Part shown: positions 47,991-57,221 of the stretch, piece by piece | Layout: each line of letters begins with the position of its first letter | How positions within the stretch are numbered: position 1 is the first letter of the stretch | Source of the DNA: Elusimicrobiota bacterium | Lineage (GTDB): Bacteria; Elusimicrobiota; Elusimicrobia; UBA1565; UBA9628 | DNA: 64,000 bases | Reading direction: 5' to 3' | Assembly: GCA_016194705.1 (NCBI GenBank) | Contig: JACQAZ010000010.1 | Span: 166-64,165 of the forward strand | The notes under the pieces: generated by a model | Seen by the model: only the letters and a program-made list of their open reading frames with translations | Told to the model about the DNA's origin: nothing | The model's database searches: none | Made by a program: the position numbers and the translations under genes

Positions 47991-48425
47991 ATGAAGAGCC
48001 TGGCCACAGCACTTCTCTGCGCGCTGGCCTTCATTTCCTCGTGCCGCTACGTGGGCAATCATGCCGCCTGCCGCGCGCACGCGGACTCGGCCTCCTGCAG
48101 GGCCGACCCGCGCTGCTTCCCGGTCTTCGGCTGCGAGAAGGACCCGGCCCTGGCTCCGCGCTGCTCTGCCGACTGCTCGCCTTACATCAATTCGAGCTGC
48201 TGGATCAACGTCCCGAACCGGCCCGACGGCTGCATGCCCGACTTCCGCGGCGGACGCTTCAACGGCTGCCTCAGCACCGACAAGGACCCCAAACGTTGCG
48301 AGACCGTCCCCGACGACAAGGGCGGGCAGACCTGCCTCGACCACGACCCCGCCTGCGCGGGCTGCCGGCAGAAACTCTCTTTCTGCGACGCCCACCCGAA
48401 TTGCGTCGGGGTCATCTGCATCTAG
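47991..48425 (+). CDS. Cysteine-rich lipoprotein
   Basis: TATAAT-N6-ATG; lipobox ISSC; 16 further Cys in ~126 aa. Confidence 0.75.
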   Translation: MKSLATALLCALAFISSCRYVGNHAACRAHADSASCRADPRCFPVFGCEKDPALAPRCSADCSPYINSSCWINVPNRPDGCMPDFRGGRFNGCLSTDKDPKRCETVPDDKGGQTCLDHDPACAGCRQKLSFCDAHPNCVGVICI

Positions 48426-48433
48426 GCCGCAGC

Positions 48434-49936
48434 TCAGGCCGCGAGCATCGTGTCGGCCGTGCGCAGGATCTCGAGCATCGACTCGGCGGTCTTGGCGCGA
48501 AGGAGCTTGCGCCGAAGGTTCTCGTTGGTCACCAAGGATGCGATGCGGCCGAGCACCTTGAGCTGGATGACCGGCGTTTGGGCGGGCGTCAGGATCAAGA
48601 AGATCAGACGCACCGGCACGTTGTCGGGCGCGGCGAAAGGCACGGGCTTGGAGAACCTCCCCAAAGCCACCAGAGGCTTCGAGAGGTCCATGAGCCGGCC
48701 GTGCGGGACCGCCACGCCGCGACCGACCGCGCTCGAAAATTTCTGCTCGCGCTCCCAGACGACGCTGAAGACCTCGTTCTCCTTAAGTTCGGGCGCGGCC
48801 ACGACGAGCTTGGCGAGGAGCTGCCGGATCGCCGACTGCCGGTCGGCGGCCTGCAGTTGGACCGCGACGGCGGTGCCCACGACGACGTCCATGAAGGACC
48901 AAGCCTGCGGGTCGAACTCGTCGTGGACCTCGCCGATGAGCTCCTCGATGATGTCCTCGAGGGTCAAGAGGCCCACGATGCGGCCCAGGCCGTTGCGCAC
49001 GAGCGCCATATGCACGCCCTTATCGGGGAACGACTTGAGCAATTTCTCGAGCGGCTCCGTCTCTAGGACCTCGGTGAGGTCCCGCCTGAGCCGCTTGAGG
49101 TCGGGGGCGGGGCCGTCCGCCTTGAGGATGAGGTCCTTGAGATGCAAGAAGCCCGTCGCGGAATCGAGCTCGCCCTCGCAGATCGGATAGCGCGAGAAAC
49201 GCTTGGAACGGATGAGCTCCAGGTTCTCCGCCCAAGGCTTGGACAAGGAAAGGAACTTGATCTTGTCGCGCGGGACCATCGCCTCCGAGACCTTGGCCGA
49301 GCCGAAATCGAAGAGGTTCTCCAGCAGCAGCAGGCGCTCGAGCGGCAGCGTGCCCCGCTCCTGGGTCTCGCCGAGCAGGATGCGCATCTCTTCCTCGGAG
49401 ACCACCGACTCGGACTGCGCCGCGGGCTTGAGGCCCATGAGCTTGAGGATCGAGAGCGAGCAGAACGACCAGAACGCGACCGGAAGCCGGAATACGGCCG
49501 CGAAGAGCTTCAAGGGGGCCGCGCCCCAGAGCGCGACGGCCTCGGCTTTCTGGATTCCGATCGAGCGAGGCAGGAGTTCGCCGAAGACTCCTTGGGCCCA
49601 GGCGAGCAATACGAGCGCCGCGCCGAACGAAACGCCGAACAGGGCGTGATGCGGGAGCTCGACGCCGGCCTTCGCAAGGACCGACTCGATGACGTGGGCC
49701 AAGGCCGGCTCGCCAAGCCAACCCAAGGCCAAGGCGATCATCGTCAGACCGACCTGGATGGCCGCGAGGTAGTCGTCGAGGTGGGTCTGCATCTCCTGGA
49801 CGGCCAGGGCCTGGCGGTTGCCCCTGCGCGCGAGCATCTCGACGCGAGAGGCTCGGACCTTGACCAAGGCGTATTCCATCAGCACGAACAGCGAGTTGAG
49901 GAAGATCAGGAAAACAGAGACCAGCACCAAGGTCAT
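48434..49936 (-). CDS. CNNM/HlyC(CorC)-family transporter with CBS pair and C-terminal PTS EIIA domain
   Basis: NSLFVLMEYAL, QVGLT, LGEPA, FGELLP, FSRYPI, GLLTLEDIIEELIGE; C-terminal ERE...SAVGRGVAVPHGR, PVRLIF. Confidence 0.9.
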   Translation of the reverse strand: MTLVLVSVFLIFLNSLFVLMEYALVKVRASRVEMLARRGNRQALAVQEMQTHLDDYLAAIQVGLTMIALALGWLGEPALAHVIESVLAKAGVELPHHALFGVSFGAALVLLAWAQGVFGELLPRSIGIQKAEAVALWGAAPLKLFAAVFRLPVAFWSFCSLSILKLMGLKPAAQSESVVSEEEMRILLGETQERGTLPLERLLLLENLFDFGSAKVSEAMVPRDKIKFLSLSKPWAENLELIRSKRFSRYPICEGELDSATGFLHLKDLILKADGPAPDLKRLRRDLTEVLETEPLEKLLKSFPDKGVHMALVRNGLGRIVGLLTLEDIIEELIGEVHDEFDPQAWSFMDVVVGTAVAVQLQAADRQSAIRQLLAKLVVAAPELKENEVFSVVWEREQKFSSAVGRGVAVPHGRLMDLSKPLVALGRFSKPVPFAAPDNVPVRLIFLILTPAQTPVIQLKVLGRIASLVTNENLRRKLLRAKTAESMLEILRTADTMLAA

Positions 49937-50009
49937 GGGGATTTCTAGTGTAGCGGGACCACCACCCCCTGTCAAGCCCGACCGGGCGCCAATTTGGTAG
50001 TATTGGCTC

Positions 50010-50468
50010 ATGGCCGAATCGCGCGAATTCAAGCCGCTCAAGGAGGCCGGGGCCATCCCGATCTCTGACTCGAGCGAGCTCAAGTTCTACGTGGACGAGT
50101 ATCGCGGCTACAAGTACGCCTCGGTGCGCACCTTCGTCAAAGGCGACACTTACTCTGGTCCGACCAAGTCAGGCGTCACCCTCAACGCGGCGGTGCTTGA
50201 GGGCGTCATCGCGACCCTCTCCAAGCTCCCCCCCGAGCCCGACGTCCTGGAAGAGAAGGAGCTCGCGCGTTTTCCCAAGAAGATGGGCGTCGAGCTCGTC
50301 GTGCGCATCACGATCTTCCGCGACTCGACCGGCGTCGACCTGCGCGAATGGGTCGAGGACGTTGACTACAAGGGCTGGTCCAAGAAGGGCGTCCGGATCC
50401 CCTACAAGGACGTCCCCAAGAGCTTGGAATTCCTCAAAGAGATGCAGAAGCTCGTCGCAAAAGCCTGA
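50010..50468 (+). CDS. Tandem PC4/YdbC-like ssDNA-binding protein
   Basis: Two PC4-like units: EYRGYKYASVRTF...PTKSGVTL and FRDSTGVDLREW...WSKKGVRI. Confidence 0.7.
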   Translation: MAESREFKPLKEAGAIPISDSSELKFYVDEYRGYKYASVRTFVKGDTYSGPTKSGVTLNAAVLEGVIATLSKLPPEPDVLEEKELARFPKKMGVELVVRITIFRDSTGVDLREWVEDVDYKGWSKKGVRIPYKDVPKSLEFLKEMQKLVAKA

Positions 50469-50542
50469 CCTCGCCACCCTGGCATAGTTAAGGATTCCTG
50501 TTATACTTAGGATGTTCGGGCCCCGCCGCCCGCCAAGCATCC

Positions 50543-52489
50543 ATGAAACCCCTCTTCCTTCGCCTGTTGCTGGTCTTTTCGCTGGCTCGGCCGGCCGCGG
50601 CGGGCAACCGCGCGACTCCCGAGCTTCCCGGCGAAGGCCAGGCCGTCCCCGGCGGAAAGATCGTGTCGCCCGGGACCCCTCCGGTCCAGATCGATCTCAA
50701 AGTAGCGCCCCTCAATACGATCGCGGTCGACGCGGTCAAGACCGTCGAGACACCGGCCGCCGATGCGGCGCTCTCGCAGGTCCAACTGCCGGTCCTCGAG
50801 CCGGCTCCGGGCCTGATCGTCGGCCCCAAGCCGGAGGCGTCGCCGGAATTCACGCCGCCAGCACGGGGCCCGGCGCCGTCGGTCGATGGGCAGGTCGTCT
50901 CGGGCCGCGCGCAATTCGACCTTCAGACCGCCAAGTACGCGCCGGCTCCCCCGGCGCCTTCCTTTACAGGCTGGCTTTCGGCTCTGTGGACAGGCGCGGA
51001 CAAGGTCCCGGACTGGCCCGGCAAGGCCGGCGACAAGGTCAGGCTCGACGGGAAGACCTATGTCCTAGAACGCCGCATCGGCGAGGGCAACAGCGCGATC
51101 GTCTGGAGGGCTCGGAACGGCGGCCATGACGTCGCGGTCAAGTTCATCCACCCGGCGTTCAAGAACATACCGCAATACGGCGAGGAGGTCTCGGCGCTCG
51201 AGGCCATCGCTCATACCGACATCCGCCACGCCAAGCTCCTGGCCAAGGGCGCCGACGGCCTCGTGCTCGTCAAGGAGTTCGTCGACGGCGAGAAGGCCAG
51301 CGAGCTCCTGGCCCGAGGCGCCCTCCTCCGCAGCCAGCGCGAGGGTTATATGGAGTTGGCCGCGCGCCTGATCCGAATCGGCTACACCGGCGACATCCAC
51401 CCCAACAACCTGATCTGGGAGAAATGGAGAAGCCGCTACGCCTTGGCCGACGTCGGCGGCTTCGAGTTCGGACGGCCCTGGGCGGTGCTCTCGCAGATAC
51501 TCGAAGGGCCCCCGGTCAAGAGCGGTGAGGTCAAAGCGGTGGAGTTCCTTTCCGGCCTGCGCGGCAGGCTCGGGCCAGACTCCGACGGCTGGCGGCGGGT
51601 CCAAGACGACGCGGCCCAGACCCCCGCCTTGGCCCGGCATCTCGCGGAACTATCCGCCTACGACCGGAGTCTTAAACCCGCGCCGCGGCTGCGATTGGGG
51701 CCGGCCAAGGAGGAGGCGGTCTTGAGCAACGCTTTGGTCTCGGCCTCGGAGTTGCGCAAACGCCTGGGCTACGATCCACTTTTGGTCAAGCCCCGTCACA
51801 TGCTTCATGGCGACGATCCGGGCAAGCTCAACACCGTGGTCTTCCAGATCGACCCCAATGGGATGGACTCCGTCGTCGTGAAGATCGCGGAAAAGGACAT
51901 CATCCGACATGAGCTCGCCATGCGCCGCATCGTCAGGCGCTTCTTCGGGCAGCTTTTTCGAACGCCGGGGGCGCTGGCCATCGACGGCGGGCATGAATCC
52001 TACATGGTGATGTCGCTGGCAAAAGGCTCCAAGAGCTACTCCTCTGACGCGATGGACCTCGAGCACAGGGTCGCCATGGCCATGCTCTCCCAGACATTCG
52101 GCCTTTACGACGTCAACCAGGGCAACGTGCTCTCCCTCTCGAAATCCGACGTAGCTCTCATCGATTTCGAGCAGGCCTTCGGCCGGCGCGCGCCGCTGGT
52201 CTCGCGGCTCCCCGACGAGCGCATCGCCCAAGAAATGCCGTGGGTGAGCCTCCACGAGAAAAACCGCATCGAGGATTACCTGCCCGCAATCAAGTCCTGG
52301 CGGGGGTTGTTTCTCAAGCCCGAAACGCAGGTCGAGCTGGTCCAAATCCTGCGCCAGAGCGGCTTCTCCGACAAGGAGATTCCGGGCTATCTGGCGCAAT
52401 TCCGCGCCAACGCGGACGATCTCGAGTGGGCCATACAGAACGACGTGGAATTTGCTAACTTGTTCGTGGAAAGGCGCTCCTCCAGGTGA
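50543..52489 (+). CDS. Exported protein with two kinase-like domains
   Basis: Signal peptide and Pro-rich linker; domain 1 IGEGNSAIV, VAVK, DIHPNNL, LADVG; domain 2 VVVK, HE, FGLYDVNQGNVL, LIDFEQAF. Confidence 0.75.
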   Translation: MKPLFLRLLLVFSLARPAAAGNRATPELPGEGQAVPGGKIVSPGTPPVQIDLKVAPLNTIAVDAVKTVETPAADAALSQVQLPVLEPAPGLIVGPKPEASPEFTPPARGPAPSVDGQVVSGRAQFDLQTAKYAPAPPAPSFTGWLSALWTGADKVPDWPGKAGDKVRLDGKTYVLERRIGEGNSAIVWRARNGGHDVAVKFIHPAFKNIPQYGEEVSALEAIAHTDIRHAKLLAKGADGLVLVKEFVDGEKASELLARGALLRSQREGYMELAARLIRIGYTGDIHPNNLIWEKWRSRYALADVGGFEFGRPWAVLSQILEGPPVKSGEVKAVEFLSGLRGRLGPDSDGWRRVQDDAAQTPALARHLAELSAYDRSLKPAPRLRLGPAKEEAVLSNALVSASELRKRLGYDPLLVKPRHMLHGDDPGKLNTVVFQIDPNGMDSVVVKIAEKDIIRHELAMRRIVRRFFGQLFRTPGALAIDGGHESYMVMSLAKGSKSYSSDAMDLEHRVAMAMLSQTFGLYDVNQGNVLSLSKSDVALIDFEQAFGRRAPLVSRLPDERIAQEMPWVSLHEKNRIEDYLPAIKSWRGLFLKPETQVELVQILRQSGFSDKEIPGYLAQFRANADDLEWAIQNDVEFANLFVERRSSR

Positions 52490-54657
52490 CACCCATGATC
52501 CCCAGGAAAAAGACGAACCTCTTTCTCGCGGCCGCGATCCTCGTCCTGAACTCATGGGCTGGGGCCGCCCCCGAGCCCGATCCCTCGGCGCCGGTGGTCG
52601 GCCAGCTCGTGGCCCGCATCCTCGAGCAGAACCACTACCTCCATCATCCGCTGGATGCCAAGACCTCCAAGGAGCTCCTGGCCAACTATCTCGAGATGTA
52701 CGACTACAACCGCATGTTCTTCGATAAGACCGATGTCGACGAATTCACCGCCCGCTACGGCGACGGCCTTGCCGACCGCATCAAGGAAGGCGACGTGGCG
52801 CCCGCCTACGAGATATTCGACCGGTTCCTCAAGCGGCTCGAGGAGCGCACGGCCTTGGTCGCCGAGCTCACGGCATCATCCATGACCTTCACGGCCGATG
52901 AGTCGATCGTCGTCGACCGCCACGAGTCGGCGTGGGCGGCCAGCGCCAAAGAGGTGCGCGAGCTCTGGCGCCTTCGGGTCAAGTACGAGCTCCTGCAGGA
53001 GAAGCTCAACAAGACCAAGCCCGAGGAACTCGCCAAGACCGTCAACCTGCGCTACGAGCGGCTCCTGCGCAGCTACAAGGAGTACGATTCGGGCGACATA
53101 CTTCAGAACTATTTGTCGGCCCTGACGCGCACGTTCGACCCGCATTCCGACTACATGGCCGCCCCGCAGAAGGAGAATTTCGACATCAGCATGCGGCTCT
53201 CCTTGGTCGGCATCGGGGCCGTGCTAAGATCCGAGGACGGCTACGCCAAGATCGTCTCGCTGGTGCCGGGCGGGCCCGCCGACAAGGACAAGCGCCTCAA
53301 GCCCAACGACAAGATCGAGGCCATCGCCCAGGGCGACGGCCCCTGGATCGAGGCCGTCGGCATGAAGCTCGACCGCCTCGTGCAGATGATTCGCGGGGAG
53401 AAGGGCACGACCGTGCGCCTGCGCGTGATCCCGGCCGACTCCATCGATCCCGGCACCCGGGTCGCGATCTCGCTGGTGCGCGACGAGATCAAGCTGACCG
53501 ACCAGGAGGCCAAGGCCAAGATCATCACCCTGCCGCTCTCGGGCGGCAAGACCGCCAAGGTCGGCGTCATCGACCTGCCGTCCTTCTACGCGGACATGAA
53601 GTCGGTCATCGAGGCCAAGAGCACCACTCGCGACGTCGAAAAGCTGCTGATCGCGCTCAAGAAGAACAACGTCGACGGCGTCATCCTCGACCTGCGCCGC
53701 AACGGCGGGGGTTCGCTCTCGGAGGCCGTCAGCCTGACGGGCCTCTTCATCCCCGAAGGACCCGTCGTGCAGGTCAAGGACGCCCGCGGCATCACGAAAG
53801 TCCTGCGCGACACCGAGCCCGACATGCTCTACAACGGCCCGCTCATCGTGCTGACCTCGAGGGCCTCGGCCTCGGCCTCGGAAATTCTGGCCGCCGCGCT
53901 CCAGGATTACAATCTGGCCGTGATCGTCGGCGAGAAGAGCACGTTTGGCAAGGGCACGGTGCAGTCCATCATCGAGCTCTCCCAATATCTCCCGGGAGCC
54001 CTGCGCTCGTACAAGCCGGGCGCGGTCAAGCTCACGATCCAGAAGTTCTACCGCGTCTCCGGAGGCTCGACGCAGAACCGCGGCGTCATCCCGGAGATCC
54101 ATTTGCCGAGCCTCGAGGACTCCATGGACATCGCCGAATCCTCGCTCAAGAACGCCATGCCCTACGACGAGACTGAAGCCGCCGCGTTCTCGCGCACGGC
54201 GGGCCTAAGCCTTCCCAAACTCAAAGAACTGGCCCGGCTCTCGGCGGAACGCGTGGCCGCGAACGCCGAATTCGCCTACGTGCGCGCCGACATCGAGCGC
54301 TACAAGAAGCAGAAAGAGGAGAAGACCATCTCTCTGTCCGAGAAGAAGCGCTTGGCCGAGAAGAAGGCCGACGAGGACCGTGCGTCGGCTCGAAAAAAAG
54401 AGCGGGCCGCCCGCAAGGAGAAGGAACTTGTGGCCCAAGAGATCACTTTGGAATCCATCGACGGCGCCGAGCCTCCCAAAAAGTCGACCGCGGCGGTCAC
54501 CATGGAGGCCGAGGGTCCCGACTACGAGAAGGCGCCGCCGACCCCGGATTACGTCCTCGAGGATGCCGGGCACATCCTCGCTGACATGATGGGGGCGCTG
54601 CCGTTGTCCTCGAGCAACAACGCCGCCAAAGCCACGCCGGACACCTACATCCCCTGA
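52486..54657 (+). CDS. prc: Carboxy-terminal processing (tail-specific) protease, S41
   Basis: [48 protein letters not shown]; start may be ATG 52495. Confidence 0.95.
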   Translation: MTPMIPRKKTNLFLAAAILVLNSWAGAAPEPDPSAPVVGQLVARILEQNHYLHHPLDAKTSKELLANYLEMYDYNRMFFDKTDVDEFTARYGDGLADRIKEGDVAPAYEIFDRFLKRLEERTALVAELTASSMTFTADESIVVDRHESAWAASAKEVRELWRLRVKYELLQEKLNKTKPEELAKTVNLRYERLLRSYKEYDSGDILQNYLSALTRTFDPHSDYMAAPQKENFDISMRLSLVGIGAVLRSEDGYAKIVSLVPGGPADKDKRLKPNDKIEAIAQGDGPWIEAVGMKLDRLVQMIRGEKGTTVRLRVIPADSIDPGTRVAISLVRDEIKLTDQEAKAKIITLPLSGGKTAKVGVIDLPSFYADMKSVIEAKSTTRDVEKLLIALKKNNVDGVILDLRRNGGGSLSEAVSLTGLFIPEGPVVQVKDARGITKVLRDTEPDMLYNGPLIVLTSRASASASEILAAALQDYNLAVIVGEKSTFGKGTVQSIIELSQYLPGALRSYKPGAVKLTIQKFYRVSGGSTQNRGVIPEIHLPSLEDSMDIAESSLKNAMPYDETEAAAFSRTAGLSLPKLKELARLSAERVAANAEFAYVRADIERYKKQKEEKTISLSEKKRLAEKKADEDRASARKKERAARKEKELVAQEITLESIDGAEPPKKSTAAVTMEAEGPDYEKAPPTPDYVLEDAGHILADMMGALPLSSSNNAAKATPDTYIP

Positions 54658-54677
54658 TTAAGGCGGGTTCAAGTCAA

Positions 54678-57221
54678 ATGAATCTCGATCGATGGACCAC
54701 CAAGTCGCAGGAATGCCTGCAGGCGGCCCAACGGCTGGCCGAAGACCGCGGCCACCAAGAACTCGGCGAGGAGCACCTGCTCAAGGCACTGCTCGAGGCC
54801 GACGGCGGCGTCGTGCCCGAGGTCGTGCGCCAGGCCGGCGCTGATCCGGCAGCTCTCCTAAAGGGACTCGATCGCGAGCTCTCGCGCCGGCCGCAGGTCT
54901 CCGGCGGACAGCTCTACCCCTCCGCGGGGCTCTCAAAAGCCCTGCGCCGGGCCGAGGACCGCATGAAGGCGATGAAGGACGAATACCTCTCCGTCGAGCA
55001 CCTGCTCTTGGGCCTGCTAGACAACGCCGGCGCCGGCGCCAAGGTCTTCGCGGAGGCGGGGCTGACCCCGGACAAGATCCTGGCCGCCTTGGCCAAGGTA
55101 CGCGGGGCCCAGCGCGTGACTTCGTCAGAGCCCGAAGGGACCTTCCAGGCTCTCGAGAAGTATGGGCGCGACTTGACCGCGCTCGCCCGGCGCGGGAAGC
55201 TCGATCCAGTCATCGGCCGCGACAACGAGATCCGCCGCGTCATCCAGGTCCTCTCGCGCAAGACCAAGAACAATCCCGTCCTCATCGGCGAGCCCGGCGT
55301 CGGCAAGACGGCCATCGTCGAGGGCCTGGCCCAGCGGGTGGCGGCCGGCGACGTTCCCGAAGGCATCAAGGACAAGAGGATCGTCGCGCTCGATCTCGGC
55401 TCTCTCGTGGCCGGCGCCAAGTTCCGCGGCGAGTTCGAGGAACGCCTCAAGGCCGTCTTGAAGGAAGTCTCCTCCAAGGAGGGCCAGATCATCCTCTTCA
55501 TCGACGAGCTCCACACCTTGGTCGGCGCCGGCGCGGCGGAGGGCGCCATCGACGCGGCCAACATGCTCAAGCCGATGCTCGCGCGCGGCGAGTTGCGCTG
55601 CGTCGGCGCCACCACCCTCGACGAGTACAAGAAGCGCATCGAGAAGGACGCCGCCTTGGAGCGCCGCTTCCAGCCCGTGACGGTCGGCGCCCCCTCGGTC
55701 GAGGACACCATCGCCATATTAAGAGGCCTCAAGGAACGCTACGAGGTCCACCACGGCGTGCAGATCCGCGACTCGGCCCTGGTCGCGGCGGCGGTCCTCT
55801 CGGACCGCTACATCGCCGACCGCTTCCTGCCCGACAAGGCCATCGACCTCGTCGACGAATCCTGCAGCCGCCTGCGCATGGAGATCGACTCGATGCCGCT
55901 CGAGCTCGACGAGACCGAGCGCAGGTTGCGCCAGCTCGAGATCGAGGCCATGGCGCTAAAAAAAGAGAAGGACGCGCCCAGCCGCGAGCGGCTCTGCGTC
56001 ATCGAAGCCGAGCTCTCCGCCCTCAAGGAGAAATCGAAGAAGCTGCGGACCCATTGGGAGATGGAAAAGAAATCCATCTCCGCGCTGCGCGAGCTCAAAG
56101 CGAAGACGGACGAGCTTAAGACCGAAGAGACCCGCGCCGAGCGCCAAGGCGACCTCACTCGCGCGGCCGAGATCCGCTACGGGAAGATTCCCGAGCTGGG
56201 CAGGAAGATCGAGGAGGCCCAAAAGGAACTCGCCAAGCTGCAGTCGACGCAGAAGCTGCTGCGCGAGGAAGTCGACGAGGAGGACATCGCGTCCGTCGTC
56301 TCGCGCTGGACGGGAGTCCCCGTCGAGCGGCTTCTCGAGGGCCAGACGCAGAAGCTGCTGCGCCTCGAGGAGGTCCTCCACGCGCGCGTGGTGGGCCAAG
56401 ACGCGGCGGTCAAGGCGGTCGCCGACGCCGTGCGCCGCGCGCGCTCGGGCCTCTCGGATCCAAACCGGCCGCTGGGAGTCTTCCTTCTGCTTGGTCCCAC
56501 GGGTGTCGGCAAGACCGAGCTCGCCCGCGCCCTGGCCGAGTTCCTGTTCGACTCCGAGAAGAGCATGGTGCGCCTCGACATGTCCGAGTACATGGAGAAG
56601 CACGCCGTCTCGCGCATGATCGGCGCGCCTCCGGGCTACGTCGGCTTCGAGGAAGGCGGCCAGCTCACCGAGGCGGTGCGCCGCAAGCCTTACTGCGTGC
56701 TGCTCCTCGATGAGATCGAGAAGGCCCATGCCGACGTCTTCAACGTGCTCCTGCAGGTCATGGAGGACGGCAGGCTCACCGATGGTCAGGGCCGCACCGT
56801 GAATTTTAGGAACGTCCTCCTGTTGATGACGTCGAACCTGCCCGCCGCCGAGCTCAAGGTCCGCTTCCGCCCGGAGTTCCTCAACCGCGTCGACGAGACT
56901 TTGATCTTCCACGCGCTTTCCGAGACGCACCTGCGCAAGATCGTGGACATCCAGCTCGCCGCGGTGGCCAAGCGCCTGGCCGAGCGGCGCATCACGCTCA
57001 CCCTGAGCGACGACGCCAAGGACTTTCTGGCCAAGGAAGGCTACGACCCGGCCTATGGGGCCAGACCCTTGAAGCGCGCCATCCAAAAGAGGATCGTCGA
57101 TCCCCTGGCCAGGCTTCTGCTGACCGGCGAGGTCAAGGACGGCGACACGATCGCGGCCGCCGCGGGCCGCGAGGGACTCTCCTTCAAGTCCGTCAAGAAG
57201 AAGGAAAGCAAAGCGGCTTGA
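54678..57221 (+). CDS. clpB: ATP-dependent disaggregase ClpB
   Basis: Two AAA modules ([16 protein letters not shown]), long coiled-coil middle domain, YGARPL. Confidence 0.97.
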   Translation: MNLDRWTTKSQECLQAAQRLAEDRGHQELGEEHLLKALLEADGGVVPEVVRQAGADPAALLKGLDRELSRRPQVSGGQLYPSAGLSKALRRAEDRMKAMKDEYLSVEHLLLGLLDNAGAGAKVFAEAGLTPDKILAALAKVRGAQRVTSSEPEGTFQALEKYGRDLTALARRGKLDPVIGRDNEIRRVIQVLSRKTKNNPVLIGEPGVGKTAIVEGLAQRVAAGDVPEGIKDKRIVALDLGSLVAGAKFRGEFEERLKAVLKEVSSKEGQIILFIDELHTLVGAGAAEGAIDAANMLKPMLARGELRCVGATTLDEYKKRIEKDAALERRFQPVTVGAPSVEDTIAILRGLKERYEVHHGVQIRDSALVAAAVLSDRYIADRFLPDKAIDLVDESCSRLRMEIDSMPLELDETERRLRQLEIEAMALKKEKDAPSRERLCVIEAELSALKEKSKKLRTHWEMEKKSISALRELKAKTDELKTEETRAERQGDLTRAAEIRYGKIPELGRKIEEAQKELAKLQSTQKLLREEVDEEDIASVVSRWTGVPVERLLEGQTQKLLRLEEVLHARVVGQDAAVKAVADAVRRARSGLSDPNRPLGVFLLLGPTGVGKTELARALAEFLFDSEKSMVRLDMSEYMEKHAVSRMIGAPPGYVGFEEGGQLTEAVRRKPYCVLLLDEIEKAHADVFNVLLQVMEDGRLTDGQGRTVNFRNVLLLMTSNLPAAELKVRFRPEFLNRVDETLIFHALSETHLRKIVDIQLAAVAKRLAERRITLTLSDDAKDFLAKEGYDPAYGARPLKRAIQKRIVDPLARLLLTGEVKDGDTIAAAAGREGLSFKSVKKKESKAA

